From the sequence record SRR20825010_1237: a stretch of 33,846 bases of DNA; one strand, written 5' to 3'. This document shows positions 27,363-33,846 of this stretch, one piece after another. Positions within the stretch are counted from its first letter, which is position 1. Every line of letters starts with the position of its first letter. Under the pieces are notes generated by a model. The model was not told where the DNA came from and ran no database searches. It was given only the letters and a program-made list of their open reading frames with translations. Position numbers and translations under genes: made by a program.

Positions 27363-27366
27363 TGGA

Positions 27367-27792
27367 TTAGCCCACCTGCACCAGTTCGATGGCGAATGTG
27401 AGATCCTGTCCGGCTAGTGGGTGATTGGCGTCAAGACGAACTGTTTCATCGTTAAGTTCTGTCACCACGAGGGCCAGTTCACGTCCGTCCGGGCCGCTGG
27501 CGCTCAGGCGCATGCCGATTTCAAGTTCCATGTCGGCGGGCATTTCCGAGCGAGGTACGTCCTGGATCATGCGCGGATCATGCTCGCCATAGGCATCGGC
27601 GCAAGGGATGGTGAAAGTCTTTTTCTCGCCGACATTCATGCCCGTAACGGCGCTGTCGAAACCGGGAATAACCTGACCTGACCCGACCGTGAAGCCAATG
27701 GGTGTTCTGCCTTCGCTGGAGTCGAAGACTGTGCCGTCGCCCAATGTTCCTGTGTAGTGAACCTGCACGGTGTCGCCGTTTGCTGCTGCCAC
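27367..27792 (-). CDS. FKBP-type peptidyl-prolyl isomerase (SlyD/SlpA-like, no His-rich tail)
   Basis: GDTVQVHYTGTLGDGTVFDSSEGR, GQVIPGFD, DAYG, LDANHPLAGQDLTF; GTG start after GAAAGG. Confidence 0.93.
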   Translation of the reverse strand: MAAANGDTVQVHYTGTLGDGTVFDSSEGRTPIGFTVGSGQVIPGFDSAVTGMNVGEKKTFTIPCADAYGEHDPRMIQDVPRSEMPADMELEIGMRLSASGPDGRELALVVTELNDETVRLDANHPLAGQDLTFAIELVQVG

Positions 27793-27804
27793 GAGAGCCG
27801 CCTT

Positions 27805-27867
27805 TCAAATAAAAAAGGTCCTCAGAAACGACCTGAGGACCTGTTGGCCAATGCTTGACCCTAACAT
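27805..27867 (-). CDS. Candidate 20-aa leader peptide MLGSSIGQQVLRSFLRTFFI
   Basis: ATG preceded by TAGGT; reads through the terminator; its TGA overlaps the PPIase RBS (TGAAAGG). Confidence 0.35.
   Translation of the reverse strand: MLGSSIGQQVLRSFLRTFFI
27811..27842 (-). terminator. Intrinsic terminator in the PPIase 5' leader
   Basis: AGGTCCTCAG-GTCGTTT-CTGAGGACCT then TTTTTATTT on the minus strand. Confidence 0.75.
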
Positions 27868-27909
27868 TTTCAAACCTAAGGCGTCACCCCTTGAGGCAGA
27901 AAAGCTGAA

Positions 27910-27938
27910 ATATATGGCGGTGCGCGGCGCGAAACTAG
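27910..27938 (-). promoter_or_regulatory. Candidate promoter for the PPIase leader
   Basis: CTAGTT-N17-ATATAT, similar to the alphaproteobacterial CTTGAC-N17-CTATAT consensus. Confidence 0.45.
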
Positions 27939-28630
27939 AAGGCGCGGCGCCAGACCCTGCGTATTTTGGCGTCTGTTTCCGGCCCCAGATTGTGCCAAGC
28001 CGTTCGGTCGCGGGTTGCATCCACGATGAACATGCTGTCCGTCTTGCCAATATGGATGCTGAGATCGTTTAGAAGGCCAGGGGCAGTGGTGTTTGTGTTC
28101 ACACACCAAACATTGGGGGCAAGTTTGTATGCGGGCCCAAGCGACATGATCGCTTGTTCGAGGGGGCCGGCATAGCGCGCTTTGATATCCATAATGACGA
28201 TGAAATTAGCTGTTTCCGGCTGACGGCGTCGGTCTACCTGACCTTTGGCCGGGCCATACACCGTTTGGGGCTCGGTTTCGGGTTCCGTTGCAGGGGAGGT
28301 CTTCCGCTCAGGAGCATCCGCTTTAACTTCTGCAGTTCTATCTGCCTGGGAGACATAGTCTGGAGCGACTTTGTTTTGCGTGGAAGCGGTTTGAGTCTTC
28401 AAGCTCCCACCAAAATTTTCAGAAAATGTTGTTGTAGCACTGGCGTGAAGCCATTCGTCATCTTCTAACGCAGTGCCCTCTGGCGCAATAAGGCTTGAAG
28501 CGACGACACGCCCTTCGGCGATATAGCCGTTCATTGCCTCAAGCGAATATGGACCGTAGATCCGGTCACCATATTTCAGCAGCCATCTCGTGGCAGGTGT
28601 GTCGCTGGAGTTATGTTCAGATGCCGACAT
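27935..28630 (-). CDS. GYF_2/DUF4339 domain protein with a C-terminal alpha/beta domain
   Basis: WLLKYGDRIYGPYSLEAMNGYIAEGRV; T/P/E-rich linker; compact C-terminal domain. Confidence 0.78.
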   Translation of the reverse strand: MSASEHNSSDTPATRWLLKYGDRIYGPYSLEAMNGYIAEGRVVASSLIAPEGTALEDDEWLHASATTTFSENFGGSLKTQTASTQNKVAPDYVSQADRTAEVKADAPERKTSPATEPETEPQTVYGPAKGQVDRRRQPETANFIVIMDIKARYAGPLEQAIMSLGPAYKLAPNVWCVNTNTTAPGLLNDLSIHIGKTDSMFIVDATRDRTAWHNLGPETDAKIRRVWRRAF

Positions 28631-28868
28631 TCAATATTTCAATATTTGCTTTAACAGGCGGTGTCATTTTCCGGACTGGTGTTTGGCGAATCATGGATAT
28701 TTCACCATGGAATAGGCATAGCTGATTAATAAGACTTTACTATGTGCCCTTGCGTCAATGGCGGGTTGCTTGCGGATTTCGCCTCAAGGAGGCAGATTTC
28801 CCGCAAGGGTAAAGCTAAGTCAGGGCAGGCCCACAATTCATAATCAATATATAGAGTAGGGAAGCGCC

Positions 28869-29645
28869 ATGGGATACGAGCATTGCACAGCGGAACGTGA
28901 CGGGAATTTGCTGATTGTCACGATCAATCGTCCGGAACGGATGAATGCACTACATCCGCCAGCCAATTTCGAACTTGAAAAGATTTTCAATGATTTTGCC
29001 GCCGATCCCGATCTTTGGGTTGCGATTATTACGGGCGCGGGCGAGCGGGCTTTCAGCGCGGGTAATGATCTACGTTGGCAAGCGGAAGGCAACAAGATGG
29101 AAGTCCCTGCTTCCGGATTTGCCGGTCTAACGGCTCGCTATAACCTGAACAAGCCAGTTATTGCGGCCGTCAACGGTGTTGCAATGGGGGGTGGTTTTGA
29201 AATCGCTCTTGCTTGCGATCTTATTATTGCGTCTGAAAATGCGGTATTTGCATTGCCTGAACCGCGTGTAGGCCTTGCGGCGCTTGCAGGTGGTCTGCAT
29301 CGCTTGCCGCGCCAGATCGGCACTAAGCAGGCTATGGGCATGATCCTGACCGGTCGTCAGGTCAAAGCGGCAGAGGGCAAAGAGTTGGGTTTCGTCAACG
29401 AAGTAGTGCCTGCTGCTGATCTGATGGCCGCCGCCAAACGCTGGGCAGGTCTGATTGCGGAATGCTCGCCTATGTCGATCCGCGCATCCAAGGAATCTGT
29501 CTATCACGGGCTTGATGAAGCCAATCTCGAAAAGGCTGTGACTGGAAAATATCCTGCTGTCGCCGCGTTGTTCAAAAGCGAAGATCTGATTGAAGGACCG
29601 CGTGCTTTTGCTGAAAAGCGCAAGCCCAAATGGACTGGTAAGTAA
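28869..29645 (+). CDS. Enoyl-CoA hydratase (CaiD-like)
   Basis: INRPERMNAL, AFSAGNDL, KPVIAAVNGVAMGGGFE, LPEPRVG, EGPRAFAEKRKPKW. Confidence 0.93.
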   Translation: MGYEHCTAERDGNLLIVTINRPERMNALHPPANFELEKIFNDFAADPDLWVAIITGAGERAFSAGNDLRWQAEGNKMEVPASGFAGLTARYNLNKPVIAAVNGVAMGGGFEIALACDLIIASENAVFALPEPRVGLAALAGGLHRLPRQIGTKQAMGMILTGRQVKAAEGKELGFVNEVVPAADLMAAAKRWAGLIAECSPMSIRASKESVYHGLDEANLEKAVTGKYPAVAALFKSEDLIEGPRAFAEKRKPKWTGK

Positions 29646-29661
29646 TCGGGTTTCTTTTTTT

Positions 29662-29738
29662 AAAAAAGTACCGGTCCTGTCATGTGGGGATGACAGGACC
29701 GGCCTCGACAGGACCAGCCTCTGGGGGGTGAGAGGCTG
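29662..29738 (-). ncRNA. Double hairpin with C-rich loops and T-run (terminator, possibly an sRNA)
   Basis: 8-bp stem with loop CACCCCCC and 13-bp stem with loop CCCCAC, then TACTTTTTT on the minus strand. Confidence 0.4.
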
Positions 29739-29750
29739 ATCGGTGGTTCT

Positions 29751-30629
29751 TTAGCGGGATGCTATCAGAGCCGTTTCATGCCCCGGCTTTGGGTCCAGCG
29801 TTGCTGTGGGGAGGTCCATCGCCAAGCTGGGACGTAGTTCGTTATCGGCTTTCAGCGTGAGTATTGGTGCTGTATTTGTCTTTGGCGTTTCTGCTTTTGC
29901 AATTTGTGTTGCCGCAGGCAGACGTTTTGCATTGGCCGCTGCAACAAAGGGTATTTCTGATCCGAGCGGAGGCAATGTGTCGTTTGCCGCCGTGCGGAAA
30001 CTGCGCTGGTCAAGATTGACCCAGATATACGGGCGTTCGCGTGACTGGCGTTTCACCCATGTATAGGGGGCCTCATCCCAGGCGACGATGGCCCAGTTTT
30101 TATTGTCCAGTATGAACTCGCCCTTATCGGTGTCGGCCACAAGGATTGCGTGACCCGCACCGTTCCATTCGCGTACGACGGCGACCAGAAGATCGGAAGG
30201 CGACCAGCCGCGCTCGATTAGCAGCTTGCGCTTCAACAACGCGAAATCTTCGCAGTCACCACCGTTTTCATTCGGATATGACCAGACCTCGCTCTTTCCG
30301 TAATTGGCGATGTCTTCGACCTGCGGAATTGCTGAGTTCACGTAGTCGTTCACTGCATTCAACTCAGCCCAGCGATCTTTTGTCAGCGGCATGCTAGCGG
30401 GTGTGTCGGTGCCGCCTTCGCACTGGCTCGGATCGTTCAGGCAGAATGAAATAAATCCCATCGGCGGAACGACCTGCTGCCCCACCGGCATAAAGGCATC
30501 CGCACGGATGGATGTGTCACTGCTCTGCTCGTCGAGCATGGCTTCGACATTTGTTGTGGACTGACATCCAGCCACTCCAATCGCGATGCAGCCCAACAAG
30601 GCAAGCACCATTTTACGTTCAAACTTCAT
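29751..30629 (-). CDS. Transglutaminase-like cysteine peptidase (BTLCP), predicted lipoprotein
   Basis: Lipobox VAGC; GDCEDFALLKR, GHAIL, ILDN give the Cys-His-Asp triad; GAGGTGG RBS. Confidence 0.92.
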   Translation of the reverse strand: MKFERKMVLALLGCIAIGVAGCQSTTNVEAMLDEQSSDTSIRADAFMPVGQQVVPPMGFISFCLNDPSQCEGGTDTPASMPLTKDRWAELNAVNDYVNSAIPQVEDIANYGKSEVWSYPNENGGDCEDFALLKRKLLIERGWSPSDLLVAVVREWNGAGHAILVADTDKGEFILDNKNWAIVAWDEAPYTWVKRQSRERPYIWVNLDQRSFRTAANDTLPPLGSEIPFVAAANAKRLPAATQIAKAETPKTNTAPILTLKADNELRPSLAMDLPTATLDPKPGHETALIASR

Positions 30630-30908
30630 AACCCCACCTCAGTCTGTCGAGCAGAACTTCCTGTTCTGACCAATTCTTTGGTGTGGTCACCGTGCCATTG
30701 AAAAATTGGCTGTCGTTTAAGGTGGAAACGTGAATTTGAGCTAAGTTCGACGCTCTTTTGTGACAAGTTTATCTAAAATTGGATCAAGCTCATTTGCATG
30801 ATCTGGGAGATATTGCTGACGTTTAAAATGGCAAGGAAACCCAAGTCCTTTAGGCGCCTCTGATTGGAATATGGTGAAATTCGTTTTCATGATTTTTTGA
30901 AATGGAAC

Positions 30909-30940
30909 AAAAAAATGCCCCAGAAAAAATTCTGGGGCAT
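30909..30940 (-). terminator. Intrinsic terminator after the crotonase gene
   Basis: ATGCCCCAGAA-TTTT-TTCTGGGGCAT then a T-run on the minus strand. Confidence 0.8.
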
Positions 30941-30967
30941 GGTTTAAAAAGTATTGATATCGGAGCT

Positions 30968-31672
30968 TTAGCGTGTCGCTCCGTCGAAAGTCTTGCTGTC
31001 GCTTTGAAGCGTTTCGCGGATCATGGCAACCGTTCTCGCGCGTTCTTTGTGTTTTGTATTTGCAAAAGCGGGCTGATTGAGTGCACCGAGTTCACGCGCG
31101 CGGGCAAGTGAAATGTCGCGGAGCTCGTTTGGCGATGCAGTTTGATCCAGATAGCCGATTTGGGCCGCCTCGACCGGGTTGTAAATCCGGGCTTGAGTGA
31201 CAGCGGCTGTCAGATGCTGGGGGGAGAGACGGTCACGGGCGAGTTCCAGGCCGAAAATCGGCATAGTCATACCGATTGCAACTTCCGGCAGTCCGATTTT
31301 GAATGTGCCCTCTGCGCCAATACGCGCGTCTGCGGAAAGAAGCAGTAGGCCACCAGCGGCGAGTGCGTGGCCGGTGCAGCCGATTACCACAGGAAGTTTG
31401 TGTGTGTAGATGTCCAGAAGTAAATTTGCACCGGCAGTGACGAGCGGTGCCACATGCTCGGGGCCGGCAGCCATGACTTCCAAGTCGAAACCAGCACAAA
31501 AGCGGCCTTCACGTCCAAGGATGAGGATAGCTTTGGCTTCGTTCTCCGCTCGGTTAAGAGCTGCCTTCATTTTGTCGATCATTGTATGGCCTAGCGCGTT
31601 TGCGCGGCCATCATCCATGGTCAAAACGGCAACGCCGTCATCTAGTGTGTAATTGAGAATTTCTGCGGCCAT
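30968..31672 (-). CDS. Crotonase/enoyl-CoA hydratase family protein
   Basis: MDDGRANAL, FCAGFDL, CTGHALAAG, KIGLPEVAIGM. Confidence 0.9.
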   Translation of the reverse strand: MAAEILNYTLDDGVAVLTMDDGRANALGHTMIDKMKAALNRAENEAKAILILGREGRFCAGFDLEVMAAGPEHVAPLVTAGANLLLDIYTHKLPVVIGCTGHALAAGGLLLLSADARIGAEGTFKIGLPEVAIGMTMPIFGLELARDRLSPQHLTAAVTQARIYNPVEAAQIGYLDQTASPNELRDISLARARELGALNQPAFANTKHKERARTVAMIRETLQSDSKTFDGATR

Positions 31673-31755
31673 GCCGTCCCCCTGATTTTGTTAGGGGCAC
31701 TCTAGAGAGAGCTGGGCACAAGAAAAAGGCCGGAAAGGTGCGGAAGTCAGAAATA

Positions 31756-32358
31756 TCAGCCGAAGGGCCGCGAGAGAGCTGTGGATTTTTCTGAAATGTC
31801 GCTGAAGGCAATGGCGATACCTTCGTCCGTATGACGAACGATCCGGCCTTTCATGCGGCCAAGCGAGACCGGCGTTCCGATTGGTTCTCGATTTTCGAGG
31901 GCCACATTGGCGCCACCAAGCGACATGTCAACAACGCGACAGGGAATGCTGCGACCGTCTGGCAGATTGAGCATTTGGGTTTCTTCGAAACCACCTTCGG
32001 ATGCTGAGTAGCGGCGGAAGGCACGGGCGGGCGGAGTTGTGTCACCTTTGGCATAGGCTGTTAGGCGGTCAGCAACGCGTTCGCGGCGCGGGCCGCTGAG
32101 TGCAGTCTCGATGGCAAAACCACCGTCAAAAATGCGGACGACATCGCCTTCAAAGCGGCCGAAATCGTCAAGATAGATAATGAGGTGAGAGCCAAGATCG
32201 ATGGGCGCATCGCACATTAGCGCAATGCCTGAGAGCGACATATCGCGAATTGCGCAGGGATGCTCCGACCCGTCAGGTGCAAGGAAGCGACCTTTTACGG
32301 TCACCGGCACTCTCGGATGGCGGCGTCTCTCTTCGCCTGTCGGTTGCTCAGTCGTCAT
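31756..32358 (-). CDS. Tandem PilZ domain protein
   Basis: ERRRHPR...DMSLSG and RAFRR...DMSLGG. Confidence 0.9.
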   Translation of the reverse strand: MTTEQPTGEERRRHPRVPVTVKGRFLAPDGSEHPCAIRDMSLSGIALMCDAPIDLGSHLIIYLDDFGRFEGDVVRIFDGGFAIETALSGPRRERVADRLTAYAKGDTTPPARAFRRYSASEGGFEETQMLNLPDGRSIPCRVVDMSLGGANVALENREPIGTPVSLGRMKGRIVRHTDEGIAIAFSDISEKSTALSRPFG

Positions 32359-32701
32359 CGCTTCAAGCTCTGTTTTTTGGCGCCTCGGCCCTGAAGACCT
32401 GGTACCGAGGCGAATTTGGGAAATATCCTCATTCGCGTAGTACCTCAGGAGTTAAGATAGTGGGACAGGGTTAATGAATTTCTACCGTAACGTGCCAATA
32501 AACAGCGAATTTCAACAAATATAACCCTTTTGGTATCTTTCCACAGAAATGACGCTTGCGTCAGCTTTCGGTATTGCTGACAATTCGGTCAAATCCGACC
32601 AGACAGGGGAATCGGGGCCGCTTGGGCCAAGGTCGCGGCTATGATTTGCCGAAGACTCATCCTTATGGCCTCAAATAACGAGAAAGTTCTAGGGAAATAC
32701 T

Positions 32702-33846
32702 ATGAGTGAGTTCGACTACATCATCATCGGCGCGGGTAGTGCAGGCTGTGTGCTTGCCAACCGTCTGTCTGAAAACCCTGCGAACAAAGTGCTTTTGCTG
32801 GAAGCGGGGCAAAAAGATAGCAGTTTCATGATCCATATGCCCGCAGGTGTCGGCAAGCTCATCGGCACGGATATGGTCAACTGGTATTATTACACTGAAG
32901 GCCAGCCACACTTGAACAATCGTAAGATGTTCTGGCCGCGCGGCAAGGTGCTGGGTGGCTCGTCCTCGATCAACGGCATGATCTACATTCGCGGCCATGC
33001 GCGGGATTATGATTTGTGGCGCCAGATGGGCCTGGAAGGTTGGGGCTTCTCCGATGTGTTGCCCTATTTCCGCAAGTCGGAAGGCAATGAAAACGGCTCA
33101 AGCGCTTTCCATGGCGGTGACGGTCCGCTGGGCGTGTCCAATGCGGCCAAGAGCAATGTGCTTTTCGATGCTTTTGTCGAGGCTGGCAAGCAGGCCGGTC
33201 ATCCATATACGGATGACTTCAACGGTCCGCAGCAGGAAGGTGTCGGCCCTTACCAGACAACCATCAAGAACAACAAGCGTTGCAGCGCTGCGGTCGGCTA
33301 TCTGCGCCCCGCGCTGAGCCGCCCCAATCTAAAGGTTGAAGTGGGCGCACTGACACACCGTATTCTGTTTGATGGCAAAAAGGCTGTCGGCGTTGAATAT
33401 AAGCAGGGCGACGAAATCAAGACGGCCAAATCATCCAAGGAAGTGATCCTGTCGGGTGGTGCGGTCAATAGCCCGCAGGTTCTGCTGCTGTCGGGTATCG
33501 GCCAGGGTGAATATCTCCGCAAGTTTGGTATTGATGTCGTTTCTGATCTGCCGGGCGTGGGCCAGAACCTTCAAGACCATCTGGACGCCACGGTCATCAA
33601 TGAATGCAAGCTGCCTATCACATTGCATAGCCAGATGAATCCGTTCCGTCAGTTGCTGACAGGCATGCAATATACGTTCTTCAAGACAGGTGCTGCGGCG
33701 TCTCAAGGTCTTGAATCGGGTGGTTTCCTCAAGTCACGTCCTGAACTGGAAATTCCTGATCTGCAGCTCCATTTTGTGGCGGCGATGATGCGCGATCATG
33801 CCCGCATCAAATCTGACCGCCATGGCTTCACAGTTCATGTCTGTCA
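32702..33846 (+). CDS. GMC oxidoreductase (choline/alcohol dehydrogenase-like), truncated by window end
   Basis: Not in the ORF track (no stop). MSEFDYIIIGAGSAGCVLANRLS, WPRGKVLGGSSSINGMIYIRG, LSGGAVNSPQVLLLSGIG, GQNLQDH. Confidence 0.92.
   Translation, partial: MSEFDYIIIGAGSAGCVLANRLSENPANKVLLLEAGQKDSSFMIHMPAGVGKLIGTDMVNWYYYTEGQPHLNNRKMFWPRGKVLGGSSSINGMIYIRGHARDYDLWRQMGLEGWGFSDVLPYFRKSEGNENGSSAFHGGDGPLGVSNAAKSNVLFDAFVEAGKQAGHPYTDDFNGPQQEGVGPYQTTIKNNKRCSAAVGYLRPALSRPNLKVEVGALTHRILFDGKKAVGVEYKQGDEIKTAKSSKEVILSGGAVNSPQVLLLSGIGQGEYLRKFGIDVVSDLPGVGQNLQDHLDATVINECKLPITLHSQMNPFRQLLTGMQYTFFKTGAAASQGLESGGFLKSRPELEIPDLQLHFVAAMMRDHARIKSDRHGFTVHVC

Noticed and set aside
27843-27900. yybP-ykoY (Mn) riboswitch in the PPIase leader
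   Set aside because: Lacks the GGGGAGUAG and GAGACC consensus elements.
1-33846. CRISPR array, transposase, integrase or phage structural genes
   Set aside because: No regularly spaced repeats or such ORFs seen in the window.

Overview
Alphaproteobacterial chromosomal segment; gene content suggests a Parvibaculaceae/Hyphomicrobiales-like organism (inference). The first ~1 kb is the edge of a tRNA-targeted genomic island: a tRNA 3' end, a DUF4145/HEPN-like gene, arm-type repeats, IHF-like sites and a 3' fragment of tRNA-Leu(TAA). The rest is a core-looking backbone (zf-CHCC, alpha/beta hydrolase, cysE, DUF3126, gamma-carbonic anhydrase, BTLCP cysteine peptidase, PilZ). It is interleaved with lipid-catabolic genes (3 SDRs, 4 crotonases, a sulfatase, a GMC oxidoreductase, an M20 amidohydrolase), two tandem MFS transporters, phoX and a TetR-darcynin module with a collapsed SDR pseudogene. 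The most notable unexplained signal is the leader of an FKBP-type PPIase gene: a promoter, then a 20-codon uORF that reads through an intrinsic terminator lying 18 nt before the start codon (candidate attenuator). Also notable are a C-rich-loop double hairpin downstream of the BTLCP gene (candidate sRNA) and a GYF_2 protein fused to a possibly Cas2/VapD-like domain. All family calls are by motif recognition; no database searches were run.
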